Of a DNA stretch of 64,000 nt, positions 18,415-28,982 are shown piece by piece; position 1 is the stretch's first letter, and each line of letters starts with the position of its first letter. The notes under the pieces were generated by a model. That model searched no databases. It worked only from the letters and a program-made list of their open reading frames with translations, and was not told the origin of the DNA. A program made the position numbers and the translations under genes. Source of the stretch: Calditrichia bacterium (GTDB lineage: Bacteria > Calditrichota > Calditrichia > JAJRVZ01); NCBI GenBank assembly GCA_963796965.1, contig CAWCNS010000002.1, forward strand, positions 192,001 through 256,000, given 5' to 3'.

Positions 18415-20808
18415 ATGCTAAGAAACTATCTAAAAATAGCAATCAGAAACATAACAACCCAAAAGACATATTCATTTATCAATATTGCTGGATTAGCATT
18501 TGGTATGGCTTGCTTTATTCTAATATTATTATATGTGCGGTATGAGCTGAGTTATGAATCACACCATATAAAAGCGGACAGTGTATATCGGGTAAATGTT
18601 ATCCAACAACACCCTAACGGTGAATATAAGACTCAAAGTTCTATGGTACCTCTGGGACCGGCTCTTAAAAATGAGATTCCTGCGATAATAGACTACGCCC
18701 GGTTTGAAAACGCTGGGAAATCTTTGGTCACTTACAAAGATAAAAAGTTTTATGAAAAAAACATGGTCTTCACCGATCAGGGGTTATTCAATCTTTTTAC
18801 CATCCCCGTTATAGCCGGTAAGATGGAATCGGCTTTAACGAACAAGTTCTCTGTAGTAATTACACAATCAATGGCAAAAAAATACTTTGGTAATCAAAGT
18901 CCTATTGGTAAAACTCTGGAAATTGATGATGAATTATCCCTGCTCGTAACTGCCGTGATTGAGGATTTCCCCAAAAACACCCACATTAATCCTGACTTCA
19001 TGATTTCTTTCAATACGCTAAAAGATCTGACGGATGATAGTTTTATGACAAATTGGGTAACAGTACGTCTCCAGACTTATTTGTTGCTTCAGGATAATCA
19101 GAGCATTCATGAGTTAGAACAAACTCTAAACCATGTGATGAATTCTCACAGTTCAACCGAGGTAGAACGTGGACTTGAGCTAGAACAATTCAGTAGAATC
19201 CATCTCTATTCAGAAGTTACAAGCTGGAGCGATATACGAAAGATATACCTATTTGTAGCCATCGGGATCCTTATTCTCATTATAGCATCAATTAATTTTA
19301 TGAATCTTTCTACGGCTCGTTCCACCAAGAGATCAAAAGAAGTTGGATTAAGGAAAGTAGTAGGAGCCAATCATGGACAACTTATTAAACAGTTTCTTGG
19401 CGAAAGCATTGTAACATCTATCATTGCTCTGATCCTGGCCATTGTGATTGTTATCAATATAGTGCCGTTGTTCAGGAATATTACCGAGCAAGACTTAATC
19501 TTCCCCGCTTTAACTGACTGGAATTTTTATGGTTTACTCTTAGTTATTACGTTGATTGTGGGTTTTTTGTCCGGAAGTTATCCCGCCCTTTATTTGTCCG
19601 CTTTTTCACCAATTAATGTACTCCGTGGTAAGAAATCTCTAAGCGGAAAAAACACCAATATAAGAAAATTCCTGGTTGTGGCGCAGTTTAGTATCGCCAT
19701 CGGATTAATTATAACCACCCTTTCGATAAATCACCAAATTGACTATTTGCAGAATAAAAGTCTTGGTTTTCAAAAGGATCAGATTGTTATACTGCCTGTT
19801 ATGGGTGATAACTTCCGTAAAGATACTGAGCCTTTTAAGCAGGAATTGCTTAAAAATGCCAATATTTCCGCGGTTTGTGGTTCTCTCTTACTTCCCAGCC
19901 GAATCGGCATGTTTAATAATGTCACATGGGAAGGAGCCGCAGAGAATGAAAGTATTGCCTTAATTCAGAATAAAGTGGATTATGACTTTCTTGATCTGTA
20001 TGAGATCCCCATTGCTGAAGGTCGGAATTTTTCACGGGAGCATTCCTTAGATATCCTTGACTATAGTCGTGAAAATGTAATCGGAGCTGTAATACTAAAC
20101 AAAGAGGCGGTAAAAAAATTTGGATGGAAAGATCCTATCAACAAAAAAGTTATTCAAACCTACGGAACACAACGCTGGTCCCTGAATGTTATAGGTGTGA
20201 TCGAGGACTTTCATTTTTCATCTCTACATAACAAGATTCGCCCTCTTTCTTTATTTCTACGTCCGGCTGATCCCTGGAAATTTTCAGTAAAGATTAATAC
20301 CGCAAATATTCCGAATACTATCGACTATATTCGAAAAACGTGGACAAAGTTTAATCCAAACTTCCCATTTGAATATTATTTTCTTGATGAAACTTTTAAT
20401 CAAACCTATAAATCAGAAGAAAAACTCCAGACGCTTTTTAGTTATTTTAGTCTTCTGAGTGTTATTATTTCCTGTCTAGGTCTCTTTGGTTTGGCTGCTT
20501 TTGCTGCAGAGCAGAAAACCAAAGAAATTGGTGTACGCAAAGTTCTTGGGGCTTCGGTTTCCAATATATTGATGCTCTTATCCAAAGAATTTACAAAATG
20601 GATCATTGTGGCCAATATTATCGCCTGGCCAGCGGCCTGGTATTATCTGAATTCGTGGTTGAAAGAGTTTGCTTATAGTGCTGAGATAGCATGGCCGATC
20701 TTTTTCATTGCCGGCGGAACCGCCATAATTATTGCTCTTCTGACCATAAGTATACAAACATTAAAAGCGGCCTTATCGAATCCAATAAAGTCGCTGAGAT
20801 ATGAGTGA
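18415..20808 (+). CDS. ABC permease 1 (duplicated MacB_PCD+FtsX)
   Basis: MLRNYLKIA start, INFMNLSTARS..RSKEVGLRKVVGA, second KEIGVRKVLGA, ends NPIKSLRYE*. Confidence 0.93.
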   Translation: MLRNYLKIAIRNITTQKTYSFINIAGLAFGMACFILILLYVRYELSYESHHIKADSVYRVNVIQQHPNGEYKTQSSMVPLGPALKNEIPAIIDYARFENAGKSLVTYKDKKFYEKNMVFTDQGLFNLFTIPVIAGKMESALTNKFSVVITQSMAKKYFGNQSPIGKTLEIDDELSLLVTAVIEDFPKNTHINPDFMISFNTLKDLTDDSFMTNWVTVRLQTYLLLQDNQSIHELEQTLNHVMNSHSSTEVERGLELEQFSRIHLYSEVTSWSDIRKIYLFVAIGILILIIASINFMNLSTARSTKRSKEVGLRKVVGANHGQLIKQFLGESIVTSIIALILAIVIVINIVPLFRNITEQDLIFPALTDWNFYGLLLVITLIVGFLSGSYPALYLSAFSPINVLRGKKSLSGKNTNIRKFLVVAQFSIAIGLIITTLSINHQIDYLQNKSLGFQKDQIVILPVMGDNFRKDTEPFKQELLKNANISAVCGSLLLPSRIGMFNNVTWEGAAENESIALIQNKVDYDFLDLYEIPIAEGRNFSREHSLDILDYSRENVIGAVILNKEAVKKFGWKDPINKKVIQTYGTQRWSLNVIGVIEDFHFSSLHNKIRPLSLFLRPADPWKFSVKINTANIPNTIDYIRKTWTKFNPNFPFEYYFLDETFNQTYKSEEKLQTLFSYFSLLSVIISCLGLFGLAAFAAEQKTKEIGVRKVLGASVSNILMLLSKEFTKWIIVANIIAWPAAWYYLNSWLKEFAYSAEIAWPIFFIAGGTAIIIALLTISIQTLKAALSNPIKSLRYE

Positions 20809-21138
20809 GCAATTACCAATGATCAATATACAATTATCAGTTTAATACTAAGAGTATATTCTTATGCAAAAAGAAAATAACGGTAGGTGCAAATATTTCC
20901 GAAGCGAATGGGGTCATATCAAAAGTAGATTTTTCAAACAAAATTTCCATTGCATATAAAGAATGTCTTGAAACAAAATATTGGTTATCGCTTCTCAATG
21001 ATACTTCATTTATAGATACTAAAACTTTTCAGAGTATTTTTTCAGACGCGGATGAAATTGCTAAAATTCTGTTCTCTATTTTAAAATCTACTCGAATAAA
21101 TAAGAAATGATAATTGCTTATTGTTCATTGATCATTGA
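20809..21138. mobile_element. Periodic CAATNNN inverted-repeat element carrying a four-helix-bundle gene remnant
   Basis: Left arm caattac-caatgat-caatata-caattat-ca. Reverse complement of the right arm is caatgat-caatgaa-caataag-caattat-ca. Mobility is inferred, not shown. Confidence 0.6.
20864..21110 (+). pseudogene. Four-helix-bundle protein (23S rRNA IVS-protein-like), internally deleted
   Basis: MQKENN is joined out of frame to VGANISEANGVISKVDFSNKISIAYKECLETKYWLSLL...DADEIAKILFSILKSTRINKK*. The usual N-terminal helices and QLLRSGTS segment are missing. Confidence 0.85.
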
Positions 21139-21147
21139 GGTAAGTCA

Positions 21148-23503
21148 ATGCTAAAGAATTACCTAAAAATAGCCATCCGAAATCTTCTCCGGCAAAAACT
21201 ATACTCCTTCATAAATATCACAGGTTTATCAATCGGAATTGCCTGCTTTTTATTGATTTCTCTCTGGGTGTTTGACGAACTTAGTTTTGATCAATTTCAT
21301 GAGAATAAGGATAGAATCTTTAGGGTTAATACTATGTCGAAAGAAATGGGGTTGGTCACATCCTCATCCTGGCGATTAGGTCCCGACCTTGAGAAAGTTT
21401 ATCCGGAGATTGAGGCTTTCACCCGTCTCTGGCCCTGGGAGCGTTCTCTTGTTAACTATAAAGATAAATCTTTTGACGAATCCCGATTCTATCTCGCAGA
21501 TCCTGCTTTTTTCACTATTTTCTCTTTCAAATTCTTCCATGGCTCACAAGATCGGCTTTGAGCGAAAAATATAACATCGTCCTTAACCCAAGAAACGGCA
21601 AAAAGATACTTTGGTGATAAAAATCCAATTGGAGAAACAATCTTATATCCAAAAGTATGATCATGATTTCAACGTAAGTGGGGTAATTGAAGATATACCT
21701 TCCAATTCCTCAATCCAATTTGATTTGATTGCGCGGGTTGATCTGATGCCTCAACAACGTCTCGAGAGCTGGGAATATACCGGATATACCTGTGTGCTTC
21801 TGAACGATCAGACTGATATGGAAACGATGGATCATAAAATACATGATTTTTACCGGGAGAATGTTTACGCTGAATCAGAGAGGAATCCATTTTTACAGCC
21901 CCTGACTGAGATCCATTTATTTCAGGACGGTACATCCGGCCTGATTAAAATGGTTCGTTATTTCTCGATTATTGCCATATTTATTTTACTCATTGCCTGT
22001 ATCAACTTTATGAATCTGCGAACGGCCAAAGCAACAAAGCGGGCCATTGAAGTTGGTATAAGAAAAGTGGTCGGAGCCAACCGTAAACAACTCATCATTC
22101 AATTTCTGAGTGAATCTCTTTTGATTTCCATTATCTCGCTTGGTATCGGAATATTATTAGTGGAAATGTTCTTGCCTGCCTATAACCAGGTTACCATGAA
22201 GCAATTAAAATTGTTCTCAGGACAACCAGGTGGTACCATTCTTTTTTTATTTGCCGCAACTATCATAACCGGATTAATTTCTGGTAGTTATCCGGCACTA
22301 TATCTTTCCTCTTTTCTTCCTTCAAAAATACTTAAAAAACAATCCTCGTCGTCAAGTTTTGGTCATACCTCACGAAAAGTACTTACCATATTTCAATTCG
22401 CCATATCGATTGGTCTGATCATTTGCATTATTATATGGCAGGAGCAGTTGCATTTTATTCAGAATAAAGATATTGGCATAAAAAAAGATTTTATAATAAA
22501 CCTGATCAGCAATCAGGATTTAGTATCGAAATTTGAATCCTATCGGATATCAGCTACAGAAAAATCAAAATATTGTGACAGTCACATCGGCTGCCAGCAC
22601 ACCTTTCAATATCGGATCCTTCATTGGTGTTAATTGGGAAGGTCATTTTGACCAGGATGATGTAACCATGCCCTACAATATGGTCGAATATGATTTTTTT
22701 AAAACATTCGGTATGACCATTATCGAGGGCAGGGTATTTGATCGTAATATTTCAAGTGATAAAACAGAGGCCTGTATCATCAACGAAAGTGCTGCTCGCT
22801 TGATGGGTTTCGATTCTCCTCTAGGTAAAGAGATTTATTTTGATCATCCGGCATTTAAGGAATCGTATAAAAAGGTTAAAGTTATCGGTGTTGTAAATGA
22901 TTTTCATGCCCATTCTCTACACGAAAGTATTGCCCCTTCCATCTTTAGAATGCATCAACCCTATCTCTCTTACGCCTATATAAAAGTTAAACCGGCAAAC
23001 TTAGAGAAAACGCTTGATTATATAAAACAAACTACCGAAGCATTTGCCCCAGACTACCCCTTTCGTTATGAATTCATGGATAAAACCTATAATCGTCTTT
23101 ATGAAATGGAAATCCGGATGGGTAAAATCATCAATGTATTTGCCATTTTGGCCATCTTTATATCCTGTCTTGGGATTATTTGGTTTGGCTTCCTATACCA
23201 TAGAAAGGAGAACAAAAGAGATCGGTGTCCGCAAGGTTCTTGGTGCATCGATTTCAAAAATACATCCATGCTCTCTCTGGAATTTCTTAAAATGGGTAGC
23301 CCTGGCCAATCTGATCGCATGGCCGATTGCCTGGATATTTTATGCGTCAATGGCTTGATAATTTTGTGTATCGGATTGATTTCAGTTGGTGGATATTTAT
23401 AGGGGCAGGCATGGTAGCATTATTATTAGCCCTCCTGACTGTTATATTTCAGTCAGCAAGGGCGGCCATGGCCAATCCGATCGAGGCTTTGAGATATGAA
23501 TAA
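21148..23503 (+). CDS. ABC permease 2 (several one-base frameshifts)
   Basis: ORF pieces 21148-21561, 21611-22633, 22533-23402 and 23044-23358 tile one permease from MLKNYLKIA to ANPIEALRYE* (TAA 23501-23503). Confidence 0.88.
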
Positions 23504-23543
23504 AATATCTGTTGAGTGTTAAGAGTTGAGAGTTGAAAACATT

Positions 23544-23699
23544 ATGAGCAGAGAAGAGAACTTAGTTAGGATTAATATCGAGTGGTGGATATATGCCATC
23601 GCCGGCGGGAGTGCCTTATTTATTGCATTGGTTACAGTAAGTTTTCAGGCTATTAAAGCCGCGCTGACCAATCCTGTCGAAGCCCTTCGCTACGAATAG
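23544..23699 (+). pseudogene. Remnant of a deleted permease (last TM helix and tail) fused to a short foreign N-terminus
   Basis: MSREENLV-RINIEWWIYAIAGGSALFIALVTVSFQAIKAALTNPVEALRYE* (51 aa), preceded by gttgagt-gttaaga-gttgaga-gttgaaa heptamers. Confidence 0.85.
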
Positions 23700-23707
23700 T
23701 AATGATG

Positions 23708-23752
23708 GGTGAAGACCGCTTTTTCGGGGTGGAGGCATTGAGGTATGAGTAG
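23708..23752 (+). pseudogene. Orphan permease 3' tail (VEALRYE*) with an 11-nt hairpin insertion
   Basis: ggtgaagacc[gctttttcggg]gtg gag gca ttg agg tat gag tag. Confidence 0.7.
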
Positions 23753-24022
23753 AACTCTTAGAACGAAAAGCGTGAAGCGTAGTGCGTTTAGAGTGGAATA
23801 TCTTATGAAAATGAAGAAAGAAGAGAGAAGACAGAGGAGAGAGATTATCGATGACGAGACCAGTGCATGGTATCTATTGCTGTGACAGTAGTGAGGTGAT
23901 TAATTGTGTCGTTCCATAGACACAACCGAGAAAATAATAGGGAAAAAGATGAAAAGACTTAGGATGTGAAAAAAAGATGAGCATGAGGTTTACAGAGTAG
24001 AGCGATTTTAGAAATAGGGGAA

Positions 24023-26398
24023 ATGGTAATGTTTATGTACAAACATATTTGGCGATCACTATTAAAAAACAAAAAATATACTGCGCTCAACATTCTGGGA
24101 CTTGGAATTAGCCTGGCCGCCTGTTTTTTTATTTTTCTATGGATCTTTCATCAATATAGTTTTGATGAATTTCATGACAACTTTTCAAGGATCTATCAGA
24201 TAAATTATAAAAACACAAGGGATGGTCAACGATGGGCTGGTTCGCCTGCTCCATTGGCCCCAGCAATAGAAAAAAGCGTTACAGGAATTGAAAAAGTTGC
24301 TCGGGTTCGTCGACTACCCGAATTCGCCTTCAAATATAAAGATAATTTATTTTACGAAAGTGGTGGGTTAACAGCGGATCCGGCTTTCTTTGATATTTTT
24401 TCATTTAAAACGTTGCAGGGAGATCCGAAACAAGCTTTGGATCAGGAAGATCATATGGTGATTACAAAGTCTTTTGCTAAAAAGTACTTTGGTGATGAGA
24501 ATCCGATTGATAAGGAGATGTTTTTAGAGGGTGAAGCTGGGGGATTCGTTAAAGCTGTTATAGAAGATGTACCAGCAAACTCACATATACAATTTGATTA
24601 TCTTCTTTCTCATAAATTTGCCGTTAAATATCAATTGTGTGGAATGTACTGGGGTGATCCAAATTTTAGGACTTTTATTCTCACAACTCCAGGGATTTCG
24701 ATTGAACCTTTAACAAAAAGCATTGAAAAAATTGCCCGGGATAATCATTGTCCTCATATCATTTCCGGCGACAACATATATCATCTTCGACAGCTTAAAG
24801 ATATTTATTTAGATTATGAAATATCTAACCGCCTGGGTGAAAGTGGAGATTACCGGACTCTTTTTGTTTTTGCTTCTATCGGTATTATCATTCTTTTACT
24901 CGCCTGTATCAATTACATAAATCTTTCGCTCTCTCTTATTAACAATAGAAGAACTTCCTCTTCTATCAAAAAAATATGTGGTGCGAGTCGGAGAAATATT
25001 TTTTATTCTTATTTTTCTGAAACATTAATTATTGTCATAATATCTTTTCTTGTTGCCTTACTATTCGTCGAAATATTTAAATCTTCGTTTTTAGAACTAG
25101 CAGGACAAAATATCTCTTTTAAATTTAGTACCACCTATTTCATATCTCTTTTCATTATAATTATTATAACAACATTAATATGCGGCATATACCCTTCAAT
25201 CAAACTTTCCAGCACAAAAACAATTGTTCTTGGGACCTCAACAAGGGAAAAAAATCGATTTTTGGGGATTTTAATTATTTTCCAAAACAGTATATCTATT
25301 GCCCTTATCATTTGTGCCCTTCTGTTTACTATACAATTAAGCTTTGTTTACAGCAAAGATCTGGGTTTTTCGAAAAATCAGATTGCCTACATTACATTAA
25401 GAGGGAAAATATCTAACAATGTTGAAGTTCTTAAAGAACAAATGGAAAAACACCCTGAAGTGGAGCAAATAGCCTTAAAAGATTGTGTACCATATAGCCA
25501 AAGAAACAATACCCGAGGTATTTTATGGAAAAGGAACGGCCAAATATTCAACGGCGGAGATGAACGTGTAACAACAGAAACAACCAGAATTGATGTCAAT
25601 TACTTTAATATGTTCGATGTGAAATTTCATCAAGGGCGTAACTTCGATGATAATCTTGAATCTGATAAAGAAAACTATATAATAAATCAGGAAGCTGCCA
25701 GAAAAATGGCCATGACAGATCCGGTGGGTAAAGAATTCGCTTTATACGGACGATGGGGTACTATTGTTGGCGTGATAAAAGATACCTATTTTAAAAATCT
25801 TCATGATAAAATCAATCCACAAGTATTTTATCTATTTAAAGATCTAACCAAAGAGTCATATTTCAGTAGCATGTTTTTTAAACTTAAGGGAAATGATATA
25901 CCCGGATTTATAAAAGAGCTCGAGAAGACATGGGCAGAGCTTAATCCGCATATCCCTTTTGAATACCATTTTTTAGATACAGATTATGAAATGCTTTATA
26001 AAAATGATATTCGCTTAACAAAAATGATTGGAGTCTTTACATTTTTATCAATTTTTATTGCTTGCCTTGGTTTAATTGGCCAGTCTCAAATTTCAGCAGA
26101 AACGCGAACAAAAGAAATTGGAATCAGAAAAGTTGTTGGTGCCACTATCTTTAACATCTTTACCATGATATCAAAAAACTATATCCGATGGATTCTGCTG
26201 GCTAATATTATCGCCTGGCCAGTTGCCTATTATGCGATGTCACAATGGTTAGAAAATTTCGCTTATCGGGTTGATATCTCAATATGGCCATTTGTTTTGG
26301 CTGGCCTGATTGCTTTAGTAATCGCTCTGATAACCGTAAGTTGGCAGACCATCCGGGCGGCGACAGCAAATCCGGTTGAGTCTCTCAGATACGAATAG
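24023..26398 (+). CDS. ABC permease 3
   Basis: Same duplicated architecture; INYINLS, KEIGIRKVVGA; ends ANPVESLRYE*. Confidence 0.92.
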   Translation: MVMFMYKHIWRSLLKNKKYTALNILGLGISLAACFFIFLWIFHQYSFDEFHDNFSRIYQINYKNTRDGQRWAGSPAPLAPAIEKSVTGIEKVARVRRLPEFAFKYKDNLFYESGGLTADPAFFDIFSFKTLQGDPKQALDQEDHMVITKSFAKKYFGDENPIDKEMFLEGEAGGFVKAVIEDVPANSHIQFDYLLSHKFAVKYQLCGMYWGDPNFRTFILTTPGISIEPLTKSIEKIARDNHCPHIISGDNIYHLRQLKDIYLDYEISNRLGESGDYRTLFVFASIGIIILLLACINYINLSLSLINNRRTSSSIKKICGASRRNIFYSYFSETLIIVIISFLVALLFVEIFKSSFLELAGQNISFKFSTTYFISLFIIIIITTLICGIYPSIKLSSTKTIVLGTSTREKNRFLGILIIFQNSISIALIICALLFTIQLSFVYSKDLGFSKNQIAYITLRGKISNNVEVLKEQMEKHPEVEQIALKDCVPYSQRNNTRGILWKRNGQIFNGGDERVTTETTRIDVNYFNMFDVKFHQGRNFDDNLESDKENYIINQEAARKMAMTDPVGKEFALYGRWGTIVGVIKDTYFKNLHDKINPQVFYLFKDLTKESYFSSMFFKLKGNDIPGFIKELEKTWAELNPHIPFEYHFLDTDYEMLYKNDIRLTKMIGVFTFLSIFIACLGLIGQSQISAETRTKEIGIRKVVGATIFNIFTMISKNYIRWILLANIIAWPVAYYAMSQWLENFAYRVDISIWPFVLAGLIALVIALITVSWQTIRAATANPVESLRYE

Positions 26399-26407
26399 TA
26401 TCGGAGA

Positions 26408-26453
26408 GGCGAAATCCCGGTTTATCGGAATGGAGTCACTGCGTTATGAGTAG
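26408..26453 (+). pseudogene. Orphan permease 3' tail (ESLRYE*) with an 11-nt hairpin insertion
   Basis: ggcgaaatccc[ggtttatcgga]atg gag tca ctg cgt tat gag tag. Confidence 0.7.
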
Positions 26454-26593
26454 GATTCGTGAAGCGTGGCGTGTAGAGGGTACAGAGTTAAGGGTGGAAT
26501 GTTTTGTGAGAAGAGAAGAGCGAAAATGATGAAACGTGGAGCGTGGAGTGCAGAGCGTTGAGCGTGAAGCGCTCTACGTACAAGGGAGTAGAT

Positions 26594-28961
26594 ATGTTAA
26601 AAAACTACATTAAAATAGCCCTTAGAAATATACTTAAGTATAAACTTCATTCCCTGATCAACATTTCAGGGCTTGCTGTTGCCATTGCCTGTTCAATAAT
26701 GCTGATATTGTTTATCAAGCATGAATTGAGACTATGATTCATTTCACACCAATGGAGACAGGATATTTCGGATTAATCATACATTTATGCGAGACAACTC
26801 AACCCGAATTAATTCAAAAACCCAGGCCCCACTCGCAGCAGCTGTAAAAGAAGAATTTCCCGAAGTTGAATATGCAACGCGGTTTCTATTTTCAGAATTT
26901 AATGTAAAATACAGAGATAAAATATTTACAGAGACAGCAACCTTTACAGATCCCGACTTTTTCAAAATGTTTTCATTTAATCTTCATATCGGAAATCCTG
27001 ATCAGGTATTAAGGGATAAAAATACAGTTGTTCTTAGTAAACGAACAGCTAAAAAATATTTTGGCAAGGATAATCCGATAGGCAAACAATTAACCTTAAT
27101 GCAATCTGGTGGACATTACATTTTTACAGTAAATGGTGTAATCGAAGATACACCCAATAATTCCAGTATTCACTATGACCTCTTATGCCCTTTTGAGAAA
27201 ACAAGAGATATTTATAGAGAAGATTTTTCTATTGATAGCTGGTCTTTACACGCTGTCCATACTTATATCCAGTTATACAATTCTTACCAAATGCAAGCAC
27301 TGAATTCAAAGATCCCTTCTCTTGTAAAAAAATATAATGATGATACGCAAACCGATTACTCTTTACAACCCTTATCAGATATCCATTTCGCATCAACAGT
27401 CCAGGCAACCATGGTGCCGGCGAGCAGCAAGACCTACTCCTACATTCTGGCTGGTATTACTTTATTAATCCTGATAATTGCAAGTATTAATTCCATGAAC
27501 ATCATGGCCTCTCTTAGTTCAATGCGTTATAAAGAAGTTGGTATCCGGAAAGTCATGGGGGCTTTCCGACGACAAATTATTATACAATTCTGTTGTGAGA
27601 CGATGATCATTACTGCTATATCTTTTTTTCTTGGGATCTTTTTAGCGGAATTGTTTTTACCTGTATTTAACAATCTCGCTGATAAAACATTAATTCTCAC
27701 CGATGTACATCCCTCGTATTTCATTGGTTTAGCGATCTTTCTGATCTTAGGTTTAAGTCTTCCTTCCGGACTTTTTCCGGCTTTGATGCTTTCAAAATAT
27801 CAGCCTGCGGATCTTTATCAACAGAAAATATTGTCAAGCAGTAAGGGCTATTTTTCAAAATCATTGATTGTGATTCAATTTGGATTATCCATATTTCTGA
27901 TAGTTTGTACATTGGTGATGTCGAATCAGCTCAATTATCTTAAATCACAAAACCTGGGATTTAATGGCGAACAGGTGGTTGCAATTCCCTTTCATGGGGG
28001 AAATAGTCAACAAACGCTTGACACCTACCGCACAACCTTAAAACCATATACAAGCGTCATTAATGTTACCGGTGCGATTGCATATCCCGGCAGTTATTTT
28101 CATATCGCTAATGTTCTCAGTGAGAATGCCTCTGTCTCTGCGAGAAACCTAAAAATAGATTATGACTTTTTGGATACTTTTGGTATAAGGTTAAGTGAAG
28201 GCCGAAATTTCTCAAGGAACATCCACACTGATACCTCAAAAGCAATAATTGTTAATCAGGCTTTTGTCAACCGAATGGATTGGTCTTCGGCCATTGGTAA
28301 AACAGTTGTGATAGAATGGATGGGGTGGGATTTAGAAGTGATCGGTGTTATCAATAATTTTCATTATGCCTCATTACACGAAAAAATTGGACCGCTGGTC
28401 CTATTTTTAGATCCCTATGTTCCCTTGAACTATTACTTTGTAAAAATCAAACCAGAGAAGATTTCAGAAACAATTTCTTTACTCAAGGACAAATTTTACC
28501 AGATTGTGCCGGATCATCCCTTTGAATACAGTTTTCTGGACCAATCATTTAACCAACTTTATAATTTCGAAGAGCGCTGGAACCAAATCGTAAAGTATTC
28601 TTCCGTTTTGGCCATCCTGATTGCCGGATTCGGCTTGTTCGGGCTTTCAGCATTAAGGATGACAAAACGTACCAAGGAAATCGGGATTCGCAAAGTAGCC
28701 GGTGCTTCGGTAAGCAGCGTAATTCTGATGTTGTCAAAGGAATTTTTTAAATGGGTAGTTCTGGCCAATCTTATCGCCTGGCCGATTGCCTATATCATGA
28801 TGGATCGCTGGTTACAAAATTTTGCGTATAAAACAGATATTTATTGGTGGATTTTTTTGATAGCCGGAGCAACTGCAATACTTATCACCTGGGTCACTAT
28901 AAGCACCCATGCCATTAAAGTAGCCCTGACCAATCCGGTGGATTCGCTGAGATATGAATGA
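26594..28961 (+). CDS. ABC permease 4 (frameshift near 26730)
   Basis: SD gggag, then MLKNYIKIALRNI at 26594; continues in ORF 26787-28961 and ends TNPVDSLRYE*. Confidence 0.9.
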
Positions 28962-28982
28962 TCAATAATAATTGGAGGTGTT

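Noticed and set aside
23702..23752. 16-aa mini-ORF MMGEDRFFGVEALRYE as a functional peptide
   Set aside because: The homologous tail at 26408 does not keep this upstream start, so it is better explained as a scar.
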